A stretch of DNA of 64,000 bases from Candidatus Altimarinota bacterium (GCA_015485665.1 WFTC01000013.1:3559-67558); one strand, 5' to 3'; positions 33,434-44,417 are shown, numbered from the stretch's first letter. The notes: a model not told the origin generated them from the sequence alone. Numbers and translations are program-made.

Positions 33434-34151
33434 AATTTTATTAAAAATTTCAGGAGAAGTGCTTGGAGGCAAAGATGGAGTAGGTGCGGATGGAGATGCA
33501 CTGGAGCGCATAGCTTTGCAAATTAAAGCTGTACGAAAGAAAGACATTGAGCTTGCCGTGGTTGTTGGAGGTGGAAATTTTTGGCGTTATCGTGACAATG
33601 CTTCATTAAATATTCCTAGAACAGCTTCTGATGCTCTTGGAATGATGGCTGCAACTATGAATGCACGTCTTTTATCTGAAGCTCTTATGGTTGTGGGGCT
33701 GAAGGCTCGGACTATGGCGGCGCATGGCAATTTTTATTTTGCACAGCCTTATACCCCCAGTTTGGGAGTGGAAGCAATTGAGCAAGGAAATGTGCTTGTT
33801 TTGGGTGGAGGAACCGGCAATCCTTTTTTTACTACGGATACAACCGGAGTATTGCGAGCTCTTGAACTCTCTTGTGATGAAATGATGAAGGCTACGAAAG
33901 TGGATGGAATTTATGATTCTGATCCTATTCTTAATAAAGATGCTCGTTTTTTTAAACATATTACTTATGATGAAGTATTGCAGCGAGCCTTGGCGGTTAT
34001 GGATTTATCAGCCGTGATATTAAGTAAAGAAAATAATCTCAGGGTGAGAGTCTTTAATATTTATGAGGATGATGCTATTTTGAGGGCCGCTTCAGGAGAA
34101 GCTATAGGATCTTTAATCACTTCAAATAATGACACAAGACATACTCGGTAA
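33423..34151 (+). CDS. pyrH: UMP kinase
   Basis: LLKISGE, GGGNFWR and GTGNPFFTTD motifs. Confidence 0.96.
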   Translation: MAPRILLKISGEVLGGKDGVGADGDALERIALQIKAVRKKDIELAVVVGGGNFWRYRDNASLNIPRTASDALGMMAATMNARLLSEALMVVGLKARTMAAHGNFYFAQPYTPSLGVEAIEQGNVLVLGGGTGNPFFTTDTTGVLRALELSCDEMMKATKVDGIYDSDPILNKDARFFKHITYDEVLQRALAVMDLSAVILSKENNLRVRVFNIYEDDAILRAASGEAIGSLITSNNDTRHTR

Positions 34152-34686
34152 GGCTCAATTACAATTTGATAAAGCCTTGGAACATTTGAAAAAAGAATAC
34201 ATGGGTCTTCAGACAGGACGTGCTTCTTCATCTTTGGTTGAAAGCATTAAGGTGGATTCTTACGGTGTAACCCAGCCTCTTAAAGCTGTGGCAAGCATCA
34301 GTGTTCCGGATGCCCGTATGATTTCAATTCAACCTTGGGATAAAGCTTTACTTGGACCTATTGAAAAAGCGATTCAAAATTCGGATCTTAATTTGAATCC
34401 CAGCAATAATGGTACGGCTGTAATTTTGAATATTCCACAACTTACCGAGGAGCGCAGGCGAGATATTGTCAAAATTGTTAAGCGTTTGGCGGAAGAGGCA
34501 AGAATTTCTGTAAGAAATGCACGTCAAGAGGCTATGACAATTTTTAAACGTCAAGAGCATGAAGGTGAAATAAGAGAAGATGAGCGTAAAGCTGCAGAGA
34601 AAAAACTTCAAGATAAAGTGGATATTGCAAACGCAGCAATAGCTGATATGGCGAAAAGCAAAGAAGAGCAAATTATGACGGTCTGA
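34129..34686 (+). CDS. frr: ribosome recycling factor
   Basis: TGRAS, IQPWD, LTEERR and VRNAR motifs. Confidence 0.97.
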   Translation: MTQDILGKAQLQFDKALEHLKKEYMGLQTGRASSSLVESIKVDSYGVTQPLKAVASISVPDARMISIQPWDKALLGPIEKAIQNSDLNLNPSNNGTAVILNIPQLTEERRRDIVKIVKRLAEEARISVRNARQEAMTIFKRQEHEGEIREDERKAAEKKLQDKVDIANAAIADMAKSKEEQIMTV

Positions 34687-34712
34687 AAATTCTCACTTTT
34701 AAAAAGCTCTAT

Positions 34713-35327
34713 TTAAAAGTGTTCCCAGTATATCATTTCTTCAATGCTTTTTCTTGGTAATCTTTGTAATTCTTTCCCTTTATCTTCATATCCTATAGCT
34801 ACCAATAAAGCCAAACATCTGTCTTTTGGCATTTTTATAAATTCTTCCATTTGCCATTGAGAAAAGCCCATAATTGGACAAGTTGCATATCCCATGTTTT
34901 CAGCGGCAAAGATTAAAGTCATGCAAGCCAACATACTGTTTCTAAGTGCCATTTGTTTTCTTTTTTCTGGGCTGCGAACTTTTGCTATGGAATTTCTGTA
35001 GACTGGAACTTCTTCTTTTGTGCAATAGCCAAGTTTGACCCAATCTTCAAGAATTGTATCTACATTTCTTCCTATATTCATGTCTCCCAAAACTATAATA
35101 AGAGCGGATGCATCTGCTACATGAGCTTGATTGAAAGCTATCTCGGCGGCTTTTGAAATATTATTTTTTTCACGAATTATCACAAATTCCCAAGGTTGAG
35201 CATTGTAACCTGATGGGCTCATTGCAGCTATTTCAATTATTTTAATTAAATCCTTATCATCTATGCTCATTTCAGGTATGAAATGATGGCAAGCACGTCG
35301 CTTTTGGATCAGTTTTAAAAATTCCAT
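34713..35327 (-). CDS. nitroreductase family protein
   Basis: KRRACHHF, SPSGYNAQPW and GYATCPIMGF motifs. Confidence 0.9.
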   Translation of the reverse strand: MEFLKLIQKRRACHHFIPEMSIDDKDLIKIIEIAAMSPSGYNAQPWEFVIIREKNNISKAAEIAFNQAHVADASALIIVLGDMNIGRNVDTILEDWVKLGYCTKEEVPVYRNSIAKVRSPEKRKQMALRNSMLACMTLIFAAENMGYATCPIMGFSQWQMEEFIKMPKDRCLALLVAIGYEDKGKELQRLPRKSIEEMIYWEHF

Positions 35328-35369
35328 AGATAAGATATACACTCATGGTATACTACGCCCACCTTAAAG

Positions 35370-36791
35370 ATGCCAATGCAAATTTTAATTACAATTTTTG
35401 TTTTCCTTATTATTTTTTCATTTCTTATCCTTATTCATGAATGGGGGCATTTTATGGCTGCAAGACGTTCCGGAGTTAAGGTTGAAGAATTTGGTATGGG
35501 CTTGCCACCTCGTATTTGGGGCATAAAAAAAGGAGAAACTCTTTACTCTATAAATGCCATCCCCTTCGGTGGATTTGTTCGTATGCTTGGAGAAGATGGG
35601 AAAAAATCAAAGAGTAAAAAGAGTTTTGAACATAAAAGTCCAGGTGCTCAACTTTTTATAGTAAGTGCCGGTGTTTTGATGAATTTTTTGCTTGCTTTTC
35701 TTCTTTTGACTTTGGGCTTTGTTATAGGGATTGATCCTCTTATTACAAGTCAGGAAGATCTTTATGATGCGGTTCGCAATGAGCAAATTTTAGCTGTGCC
35801 AACTCTTTTGGAGGAGGGAAGTGGTGAAATGTCGAGTGACATTATATATTTGCCACGTTTACGTTATGTTGAGAATACTGAATCAATTTTTTATTCAATA
35901 TTGGAAGATGGAGACATTATAACCGCTGTCAACGGTAAAGAAATTTTAAGTGAACAAGACCTGTACGGTGCATTTGCAAAATCTAAACTTGCGAATATTG
36001 AGGTGTTTCGTGAAGGTGATGGAACTATTGTTTACATTGATTTAAACTTACCAACAAATCCTCCTTTGATTGATTATGTTATTGAAGGCAGTCCCGCTGC
36101 AGATGCCGGCATAGAAAATGGAGACTTTCTTGTGAGTGTTGGAGGTGTTTTCTTAAGTGCCGCTGATCAAGCAGCAATGTTGAATCAAAGTGTTCAGTCA
36201 GATAATGGCTTTGTAAGTTACATGGTTGAACGTGATGGCAATTTATATACTTATGATATTACTCCCGATGAAAATGGTCTGATTGGAGTTGCTTTGGTGG
36301 ATCGTATTGATTATTACGGGGAACTTTCTCTTTATCCAAGTTATACGGCTCATAGCTTGACTGATGTAATTCCTCAGCAATATGGCTTTAAAGCTCCTTT
36401 GGTTGCATTGCGAGAGATGTGGAGGCTTGGCAAGACAACGGCTTTTATGTTTTTGGATGTTTTCAGTAATTTTATAGGCTTTAACGAAGTGCCTGCAGGG
36501 GTTGCGGGTCCGGTTGGCATAGCTCAGATGACTTTCACGGTTGTACAGGATGGGTTTGGTGCGATTATTCGTTTTGTGGCAATGTTGTCTTTGAGCCTTG
36601 GTGTGGTTAATATTTTGCCTATTCCAGCTTTGGATGGAGGTCGTGCAGTATTTATTTTATATAGGGGTTTTACCGGAAGGAAGCCGGACGCTCGTATTGA
36701 ACATTTCATTCACATGATCGGCTTTTTCTTGCTTATGACTTTTATAGTTTATATCACTTTCAACGATATTTTGAATTTGTGGGCTTTTTGA
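35370..36791 (+). CDS. rseP: RIP metalloprotease (site-2 protease with PDZ domains)
   Basis: HEWGH, IPFGGFV and NILPIPALDGG motifs. Confidence 0.93.
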   Translation: MPMQILITIFVFLIIFSFLILIHEWGHFMAARRSGVKVEEFGMGLPPRIWGIKKGETLYSINAIPFGGFVRMLGEDGKKSKSKKSFEHKSPGAQLFIVSAGVLMNFLLAFLLLTLGFVIGIDPLITSQEDLYDAVRNEQILAVPTLLEEGSGEMSSDIIYLPRLRYVENTESIFYSILEDGDIITAVNGKEILSEQDLYGAFAKSKLANIEVFREGDGTIVYIDLNLPTNPPLIDYVIEGSPAADAGIENGDFLVSVGGVFLSAADQAAMLNQSVQSDNGFVSYMVERDGNLYTYDITPDENGLIGVALVDRIDYYGELSLYPSYTAHSLTDVIPQQYGFKAPLVALREMWRLGKTTAFMFLDVFSNFIGFNEVPAGVAGPVGIAQMTFTVVQDGFGAIIRFVAMLSLSLGVVNILPIPALDGGRAVFILYRGFTGRKPDARIEHFIHMIGFFLLMTFIVYITFNDILNLWAF

Positions 36792-36974
36792 TTTTTGAAT
36801 TTATTGTGTGTGAATTGCATTTCAACTACTGCTTATTGTGTTTGAAGTCTTAAATCTTGTTTTATCAAAATTCTTTGTGTATATCGTCAATTACTTTTCC
36901 ACAATTGCGCCTTGAGCTAAGTTATATGGCGTCCTAGAATAAGGCTCCATTTACACACGGCGAAACCTATTTAT

Positions 36975-38423
36975 ATGCCAACTGCTTCCATTGCAAAATC
37001 CGGTAACCATGATTTATGGCTTCAAATTTTAAAAGAGGTTGAACCAAGTGTGAAACGACCTCATTTTCTTACATGGTTTCAAAATACTGCTATTTTATCT
37101 GTAGGTAAGAAGTCAATAGTTATTGGTGTGCCAAATATTTTTGCCAAGGATTGGCTTGAACATAAGATCAATACAGATTTACTTGAAGCCGTGCAGAGAG
37201 TTTGTCCTGCAGTTGAAGAGCTGATTTTTGAAGTTGACTCAAATTTGGCTTTGCCAAATGACAGCAGAGCTTTAAATGTTAACCGTCATTTTGCAAAAAA
37301 TGCTAAGAAAGTACGGAAGCTTGCCGGACGTAGAGAGGTGAAATTGGTTGAAGGCGTATCCAGTAAATGTTTGAATCCAAAATATACTCTCAAAAAATTT
37401 GTTGTCGGACCAAATAATCGATTGGCTCATGCGGCCTGTTCAGCTGTAGCAAAAGCACCCGGAGCTCTTTATAATCCTCTTTTTATTTATGGAGGTGTTG
37501 GGCTTGGCAAGACACATCTTTTGCAGGCGATAGGCAATGAAATACTTAAGAATGATAGTGATCAAGTGGTGGTTTATATGACCAGCGAGCGTTTTACTAG
37601 TGAGATTGTGGAAGCAATAGGGAAGAGAAACTCCAAGGCTTTTAAAGATCGTTATAGGAAAGTTGATTGTCTGATAATTGATGATATTCAATTTCTAGCC
37701 AACAAAGACAGAACTCAGGAGGAATTTTTCCATACTTTCAATGAACTTTATGATCACAATAAGCAGATTATAATAAGTTCTGACAGACCTCCGAAAGAGT
37801 TGTCCGGTTTGCAAGATCGTTTGGTTAGCCGATTTGAAATGGGCATGATTGTAGATGTTTCTTTGCCGGACTATGAGACACGTTTGGCTATTTTACATGC
37901 TAAATGTCGTGAACATGAAGTTCTCATTCACGCTGAAGTTTTGGAATTTATAGCGATGAATGTTCATGAATCGGTGCGTGAATTGGAGGGAGTTCTTTTA
38001 CAGGCAATAGCACAAGCTCAGTTGGAACATAGCACACCAACTGTTCGCAGTGTCGCTAAGATTGTTAAAAAATTGGGTAGAAGCAAAGAAGTAAGAGGTT
38101 TGATTGAATCTGCTGTAGAAACTTCAGGTATTGAAATTAAAAGTGCGGAAGATATTATTGAAGTTGTATCATCTCATTTTAGAATTGCTTCAGATGATAT
38201 ATTGGGAAATTCGCGTAAAAAACATATTATTTTGCCTCGTCAAATTTCCATGTATTTAATTCGCACCGAGCTAAAGCAAGCTTATGAACAGATAGGAGAA
38301 AGTTTTGGAGGGAAGAATCATACAACCGTTATGCATGCGGTTGAAAAAATTGAAGATCTTCTGAAGACCGATAAACGCTTGCTTGGAGATATCAATTCAA
38401 TTAAAAAAGAAATGGGTCTTTAA
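36975..38423 (+). CDS. dnaA: chromosomal replication initiator
   Basis: YNPLFIYGGVGLGKTHL, IDDIQF, VRELEG and GGKNHTTV motifs. Confidence 0.98.
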   Translation: MPTASIAKSGNHDLWLQILKEVEPSVKRPHFLTWFQNTAILSVGKKSIVIGVPNIFAKDWLEHKINTDLLEAVQRVCPAVEELIFEVDSNLALPNDSRALNVNRHFAKNAKKVRKLAGRREVKLVEGVSSKCLNPKYTLKKFVVGPNNRLAHAACSAVAKAPGALYNPLFIYGGVGLGKTHLLQAIGNEILKNDSDQVVVYMTSERFTSEIVEAIGKRNSKAFKDRYRKVDCLIIDDIQFLANKDRTQEEFFHTFNELYDHNKQIIISSDRPPKELSGLQDRLVSRFEMGMIVDVSLPDYETRLAILHAKCREHEVLIHAEVLEFIAMNVHESVRELEGVLLQAIAQAQLEHSTPTVRSVAKIVKKLGRSKEVRGLIESAVETSGIEIKSAEDIIEVVSSHFRIASDDILGNSRKKHIILPRQISMYLIRTELKQAYEQIGESFGGKNHTTVMHAVEKIEDLLKTDKRLLGDINSIKKEMGL

Positions 38424-38437
38424 TCGCCTAAAGAGCG

Positions 38438-39580
38438 ATGAATTATACTTACTATAGACGCTATCAGAAACCATCACGGCGAAGAAAACGAAGTCAATTT
38501 TCTTCCTTTTTGTGTCTACTTGTTTTTTTGGTTTTGATAGCTTTAATTTTGAAGCTTGTTTTATCAATATTTACTTCTATTTCTGAGGAGAAGCGAGATG
38601 ATATTCTTATCTCTGTAGAAAAAGGTACTGGAGAAATTTTACCTTTCGGACAATCTGAGTGGGAGGCAGCGCCTGACCTAGGTATACTTTTGGAGGGGGA
38701 TAGTATTCAGAGTGGTGAAGGTGGATATCTTTTGCTTAGTCTTTATGACGGTTCCAACATAAGGATGAATGAAAATAGCTACTTGAGTTTTGATAAAGTT
38801 GAAAATTTTGAAGATGGTAGTTCAATTATTTATTTGACTTTGAATGATGGGCAGATTTGGTATGAAAATGAAAAAGATAGCCTTACTCAAGTTGTTATTC
38901 ATACCGATAATATGGATGTTGTTGGAGGGCGTCGTTTTTTGCTTTCAAATAAATCAGACAATGAATCTATCTATGTTTTTGAAGGAAATGTAAATGTTGA
39001 TTATGTGGATAGAGGTATTAATGATCTTATACTTGAGAGTGCTACTTTAAGTTCTAATTATAAGAGTATTGTTAATGATGAGGTAGAACAGGCTTTGATT
39101 AATCGTGAAGCTGTTACACTTGTAACTGCAATGCAAGAGGATGAACTTGCTGCAAATGAATTTCTGATGTGGAGCTTGGGTGAGAATCGTTTTGTTGATA
39201 GTGAGTCTGATACTAAGGATAACGTTGATATTACAAATGATATTACAGATCAGGCGCCCGATGAAGCCGCAGTAGTTCAAGAAAGATTGCTGATAGAAGT
39301 TACGTCTCCTGTTTCAGGCTATAAAACTGCAGATAGCGCAATTGCGATTGAAGGTGTAATTGCAAGTGGAAGCGCATCCAATGTATATGTCCAGTGGTCC
39401 GGTAATGATGAATCTTATCCTTTGGGACTTTTTCAACCGGGTGATATTAACTTTCGTTATGTTGCCGATATTAATTATTCAAATTTTAGTTCCGGGAAAA
39501 ATGTTTATACTATCATAGCTTATGATGAAGAAGGTAATCCAAGCAACAGTGTGAGTGTGGAAATTTTTGGTGATTTTTAA
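38438..39580 (+). CDS. membrane-anchored FecR-like domain protein
   Basis: N-terminal TM, then LLEGDSIQSG..LYDGSNIRMNENS. Confidence 0.6.
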   Translation: MNYTYYRRYQKPSRRRKRSQFSSFLCLLVFLVLIALILKLVLSIFTSISEEKRDDILISVEKGTGEILPFGQSEWEAAPDLGILLEGDSIQSGEGGYLLLSLYDGSNIRMNENSYLSFDKVENFEDGSSIIYLTLNDGQIWYENEKDSLTQVVIHTDNMDVVGGRRFLLSNKSDNESIYVFEGNVNVDYVDRGINDLILESATLSSNYKSIVNDEVEQALINREAVTLVTAMQEDELAANEFLMWSLGENRFVDSESDTKDNVDITNDITDQAPDEAAVVQERLLIEVTSPVSGYKTADSAIAIEGVIASGSASNVYVQWSGNDESYPLGLFQPGDINFRYVADINYSNFSSGKNVYTIIAYDEEGNPSNSVSVEIFGDF

Positions 39581-39597
39581 TCTATAAAGAAAAATAT

Positions 39598-40596
39598 CTA
39601 AAGATATTTTTCTTTATTTGCTTCATGTTCTTCATTATTTCTTGCATATATAACTTCACCCGTATCAGCTTTGGTCAGATAAAACCAATATTCACTTTCT
39701 TCAGGAAATATAGCTCCTTTCAGGCTGGCAAGACCCGGATTTGATATTGAACTTGGTGGCAGACCTGTTTCTATCCTTGTATTATAAGGAGAGTCCATAG
39801 CAAGGTCCTCTGCAGTGAGTACATTGTCTTCTTGCACATAAAGTAGGGTTGCATCAATACCCAATGTCCAATTATTGTCTAAACGTTTCCATATAATGCC
39901 AGCAACTATGGGTATATCTTTTTCGGTAAAAACTTCCTTTTCAAGCATGGAAGCAACAATTACAACTTCATCTAAGCTGCGGCCTGACTCTTCAATGGCG
40001 TATTTCATTTCATCACTGAGCTTTGACTCAAAATTACTCAGTAGTTGATTTATGAATTTTTCCACAGAGAATGTGGATTCATCTATAAAATAAGTATCCG
40101 GAAACAGATAACCCTCCAGTCCTGAAGCTCCTTTTAGGAAATCATAATCAAATTTACAATTTTCCACGCATAATTCAAAATCTCCATCCTGAATCAAACC
40201 CAATTCAAAAAGATAATCATCTATTTCAGAAATGTTCCATCCTTCAATAAGCCTAACAACCATTTCACCTGTGCCCTCAGATGTGAGTGTGCTTATAACT
40301 TCTCTTAAAGTCATGCTGGGACTGAGTCTGTAACTTCCGTATTGAAGTGAACTTTCTAAATCCTCTTCATTTAATGCTTTCAAGAAACTTTTTTCATCTA
40401 TAATTAGACCGGCTTCGTTAAGATCTTTAGCTATTGAAGTGGCATATGCTCCTTTTTTAACTTCAAAAGTAATCTTTTCATTGTCATGCGGATTGGCTGC
40501 TTCATTCAAATCAAAACGCCACAAAGGATCCCATTTATTCCATATGAATCCAAGAATAAAAATTCCTAAAATAATTTGAAGTAATCGTTTTTCCAT
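39598..40596 (-). CDS. mltG: endolytic transglycosylase
   Basis: LEGYLFPDTY, ASMLEKE, SPYNT..GLPP..ISNPG motifs. Confidence 0.93.
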   Translation of the reverse strand: MEKRLLQIILGIFILGFIWNKWDPLWRFDLNEAANPHDNEKITFEVKKGAYATSIAKDLNEAGLIIDEKSFLKALNEEDLESSLQYGSYRLSPSMTLREVISTLTSEGTGEMVVRLIEGWNISEIDDYLFELGLIQDGDFELCVENCKFDYDFLKGASGLEGYLFPDTYFIDESTFSVEKFINQLLSNFESKLSDEMKYAIEESGRSLDEVVIVASMLEKEVFTEKDIPIVAGIIWKRLDNNWTLGIDATLLYVQEDNVLTAEDLAMDSPYNTRIETGLPPSSISNPGLASLKGAIFPEESEYWFYLTKADTGEVIYARNNEEHEANKEKYL

Positions 40597-40908
40597 TTAG
40601 CTTTCCAAATTAGGCATGTCCATGCCAAGACCTCCCATAAGATCTTTCATCTCATTGGCAGCAACTTCTTGAGATTTTTTAATTCCTTTATTGAAAGCCT
40701 CTTTAAGCTGCTCTTGCAGTTTTGTACGATTCTCAATCTTCATCATTTTTTCTTCAATGTTTACTTCGATTACCTCTTGTTCTGCACTTATTAAAATTAT
40801 TACACCTTCTACCTTGGCTTCTATGTGTAGATTTTTAAGTTTCTTTTTGATCTCTTTTGCTTGTTTTTGCAATTTGTAAAGATCTTTGGCTTGACCGAAT
40901 ATGCTCAT
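40597..40908 (-). CDS. YbaB/EbfC nucleoid-associated protein
   Basis: Size and KLQKQAKEIKKKL...EAFNKGIKK pattern. Confidence 0.8.
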   Translation of the reverse strand: MSIFGQAKDLYKLQKQAKEIKKKLKNLHIEAKVEGVIILISAEQEVIEVNIEEKMMKIENRTKLQEQLKEAFNKGIKKSQEVAANEMKDLMGGLGMDMPNLES

Positions 40909-40962
40909 GATTTTTTTAGGTTAATTTGAGTTTTGAATCAGTTCTTTCGGATTATATATAAT

Positions 40963-43047
40963 TTATTCCAAAACATCCAATAATTCCTTCAGGCTTGTTG
41001 GAGGGTATTTATCTCTATTTGCATCAATATATGCCAGCGTTGCTTCATAAAGATCCCATTGTTCTTGTTGAGCCGGCAATGGTAGGAAATCTTTTCCATC
41101 TTCATAACAAAGGTCAAGATCATAAGGAGGTGTATATGGTATGCTCTTTTCATTGTCTTCCCACATGCAAGGTGCAAAAGGGGTGCCTGTCAAATAAAAA
41201 TTATTTTCATGATACTTAATTCCTATGATCTGAGGGCCTGTATCTGCCTTTTGAAGGCCTTGAGTGGCTTCTTCTAAAATTTCTTCAATGCTTTTCCCAA
41301 GCTTACTATATTTTTTTGCTTGTTCGTAAAGTTTAAGGTCATAGTGTTCTGGTCTAATGTAAAGATCGCCTTCCATATCACCTAAATCCACACCATTTCT
41401 TCCAACTGTAAAAACTGCACCTAGGTCATAATAAAGTTTAGTTAGAGTTTGACGAATAGGTCCGTAAGACGATCCTATTGCTGCTATAATTGGTGCTTCA
41501 CCAAGAGTATCCGTAATGAATTTGAATCCACCCGGTTTATTACTTGGTAAACCTGTTTCAAGATCTAAAGCTCTCGTTTCATACTCCAAAAATTTTTCAT
41601 AACGATCTTCTTCATTCAAGCTTGCCAAATCATTAATGTCAAATCCATTGTAAGCAGGATAAGGTGGTCTGAAGTGATATCCAATTTCAACAACGTCTGA
41701 TGTAGCAAGTCTATCTACAAGAGTGTCATTCATTTCAACGTAATTTTGAAAACTTGGATCGGTTAGATAAATTCCGATTGGAATATCATATTTTTCATGA
41801 AGATCTATTACCCGATTTATGGTTTTGGCGCTTTCTTCAGGGTTTACCCAGTCATGCACGTTGAGAGAAAACAGTGTGTAAAGAGAAGACTCTTTATCTG
41901 CATTCACTGGTTCAAGTGAATCTTCTGAATCTTCAGGTAAGACTGCATTTTCAGTTGTACTACTATCTATAGTTGAGCTTTCTTGCTTATTATTTTCTTT
42001 GTCGTTCAAATATGCCAATACCGCATCTCTTTGAGATGACCATTGAATTACGCCTTCATTTTCCAATCTTTGCATTTCACTAAAAAAGTAACGCAATACT
42101 TCCTCATTTTTTTCAATAAAAATAGGGGTAGGGAAATATAGAGATAATTTTGCATATTTCGAGCGATCTCTTTTGGCATCCAATTCCATGATTTTTTCCA
42201 CCCAAAGATCCACGTCATTTTTTTCAAAAGCGCAATCTCCTTTGCCTGGATCCATTCCAGTTCCGCAAACACCAATGCCTCCTTCAGACATATAGTCAAT
42301 ACGTCCAAATTCGCCGTTGCTTATAACTATGCCTTCACCGTCATCCTCCCAAGCATCCAAGTCTTTAAGTTGCATGAAGTTAATACGAGACAGTGGGTCT
42401 TGAGGCACACTGAAGTGATAAGTTTCATTGTAAATTTTTTGGTCGTCCCAAGGTTCAACTCTATTTTCTTCATCAAAAGCTAAGAGATGAAAGCCCACCA
42501 GACCGTCTATATAAGTAAAGCCTGCGTCTAGAGCTGCTTGAACCCAGTTATTCGGACCTCCGGCTCCACTGCAACCCATATTGTTTTCCGCGCCTACTAA
42601 ATCGTCCACTAACTGTTTATTTTCTTTTAATTGGTTTACAAATTCATCGTAGTCCAGTTTTTCTCTTCCTCCAATGTCGCAATGAGTTCCTACGCCATGA
42701 CCTCGTTCCAAAGCTTCTGCCATCAAATTGTCATCCCATTTTGTGTTTGCCCTTGCAAAAGGTTTTTCACTTTCAATTGTTAGAATTGCGCCATATTCTT
42801 CAGCAAGATCCATTCCGTAGCGCAGTTCTTTAACACGTTTTTTGAATATGGCTTCAATTTGGTCATCTTTATAGTTACTTTCCATGTGAGTCATTGTTGT
42901 CATGAACATGGGTTTTTCCACATCTGAAATTTCATCATTGATATTGATTGTATTTTCTGTATTTCCATATCCAATCAAATTGTATACTCCAAATGTAAGC
43001 AAGCTAAACAATAAGATACTTGAAACTATTGTGATTACAGTTTTCAT
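40963..43047 (-). CDS. membrane-anchored protein with two putative polysaccharide-deacetylase-like domains
   Basis: N-terminal TM; TTMTHME..GHGVGTHCD and FSLNVHDW..EIGYHFR separated by an acidic linker. Confidence 0.5.
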   Translation of the reverse strand: MKTVITIVSSILLFSLLTFGVYNLIGYGNTENTININDEISDVEKPMFMTTMTHMESNYKDDQIEAIFKKRVKELRYGMDLAEEYGAILTIESEKPFARANTKWDDNLMAEALERGHGVGTHCDIGGREKLDYDEFVNQLKENKQLVDDLVGAENNMGCSGAGGPNNWVQAALDAGFTYIDGLVGFHLLAFDEENRVEPWDDQKIYNETYHFSVPQDPLSRINFMQLKDLDAWEDDGEGIVISNGEFGRIDYMSEGGIGVCGTGMDPGKGDCAFEKNDVDLWVEKIMELDAKRDRSKYAKLSLYFPTPIFIEKNEEVLRYFFSEMQRLENEGVIQWSSQRDAVLAYLNDKENNKQESSTIDSSTTENAVLPEDSEDSLEPVNADKESSLYTLFSLNVHDWVNPEESAKTINRVIDLHEKYDIPIGIYLTDPSFQNYVEMNDTLVDRLATSDVVEIGYHFRPPYPAYNGFDINDLASLNEEDRYEKFLEYETRALDLETGLPSNKPGGFKFITDTLGEAPIIAAIGSSYGPIRQTLTKLYYDLGAVFTVGRNGVDLGDMEGDLYIRPEHYDLKLYEQAKKYSKLGKSIEEILEEATQGLQKADTGPQIIGIKYHENNFYLTGTPFAPCMWEDNEKSIPYTPPYDLDLCYEDGKDFLPLPAQQEQWDLYEATLAYIDANRDKYPPTSLKELLDVLE

Positions 43048-43163
43048 TTTTTACAGTTCGGTTATATTCGGTTATATATGAGCTGATTTTAGCATATTTC
43101 TTTTTCTCTTGCCATTTATCATAGACAGGGGTAAAATCCCTCAGCATTTACTCAAGAGAATCT

Positions 43164-43793
43164 ATGGATCAAGTTACACTTAAAGTTCAAATGCGAGACG
43201 CTGAAACAAAAGCAAAGGCGCTTCGTCGTAAGGGTTTACTACCAGCCGAATATTACGGTAAAGGGGTGAAAAACCTCAGTATTCAGATGGATTATCAGAG
43301 TTTTCGCCGGATGTATCGTCATGCGGGAGATAATACCCTTATAGATATGGATATAGAAGGGCAGGGGAAGAAGAAAGTTTTGGTTCAAAACGTTGATTAT
43401 GATCCGGTTTCAGGTGAATTCATTCATGTTGACTTCATTAATGTAGACATGGATGTGAAAGTTACTGCGAATGTTCCGGTTGTCCTTGAAGGAACTGCAC
43501 CTGCGGTTAAGGAGCAAGGCGGGATTCTGACACAAAATCTTGATGAAATTGAAATAAGATGTCTGCCTGCTAATTTGATTCATGAAGTGAAGCTAAGCGT
43601 CGAGTCTCTTGTTGATTTTCATTCTGCAATACATGTTTCCGATATTAAACTTGATGATAAGATTGAAATTCTTACCGATCCTTCAATTACGATTGCTACG
43701 GTTAGCGCTCCAAGGTCGGAAGAAGTGGAGAGTGGTGAAGATGTAGATGTTAGCGCTGTGGAAGTACCTAGTGCATCAAAAGAGGGAGAATAG
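43164..43793 (+). CDS. rplY: 50S ribosomal protein L25/Ctc
   Basis: LRRKGLLPAEYYG, HVDF and VKEQGG motifs. Confidence 0.95.
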   Translation: MDQVTLKVQMRDAETKAKALRRKGLLPAEYYGKGVKNLSIQMDYQSFRRMYRHAGDNTLIDMDIEGQGKKKVLVQNVDYDPVSGEFIHVDFINVDMDVKVTANVPVVLEGTAPAVKEQGGILTQNLDEIEIRCLPANLIHEVKLSVESLVDFHSAIHVSDIKLDDKIEILTDPSITIATVSAPRSEEVESGEDVDVSAVEVPSASKEGE

Positions 43794-43813
43794 TTCTTTT
43801 AGAAACAGTAGAC

Positions 43814-44329
43814 TTGCTTATGAGGCCGGTAGATATATTTACAGATTCGGTTAATGTGTTAAAGCTTAGAAAAACTGCATTTGAGAATGTTATGAGAGCA
43901 CCTTTTTCTCATTCTTTTTTTGTTTTGGCTTTAGTATCTTTTTTTGGGGCTTTAGGTTATTGGATTTTTCCTTCAAGTCCTTTTGAAGCTTTGACTTATA
44001 GGCCTGATTTTTTTTGGATTTTGGCTCGTAGCTTAAGCAATTTTCTTTTTTATGCTTTTTCTTTTGCTTTCATTGGTTTTTTGGCAAACTTTCAATTTAA
44101 ATCAAAATTGACAACTGGAGATTTTTTTAAAGTTATGTCACATGCCAGTATTTCAGGTTTATTGCTTTTGTTGCCGGTTTTATGGCCGGCTTTTATTTTG
44201 TCTTTGCTTTTTGTAGCCTATGAAGTCTTAACGAGATGGGGAGGTATAGGTGGAAGAGCTGTTTTGATGCTTATTTTTATACAATTTGTATTTACGATTT
44301 TATCTGCTTATCAATTTGAGCCTTTTTAG
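43814..44329 (+). CDS. hypothetical membrane protein
   Basis: Several hydrophobic segments. Confidence 0.6.
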   Translation: MLMRPVDIFTDSVNVLKLRKTAFENVMRAPFSHSFFVLALVSFFGALGYWIFPSSPFEALTYRPDFFWILARSLSNFLFYAFSFAFIGFLANFQFKSKLTTGDFFKVMSHASISGLLLLLPVLWPAFILSLLFVAYEVLTRWGGIGGRAVLMLIFIQFVFTILSAYQFEPF

Positions 44330-44417
44330 TTTGTCATTTACAAGACCTATGCTTGATGTGGCAAAAATAGCTTAAATCAGCTATAATTATAAGATAATAT
44401 TGATATAAGTTTCATTT

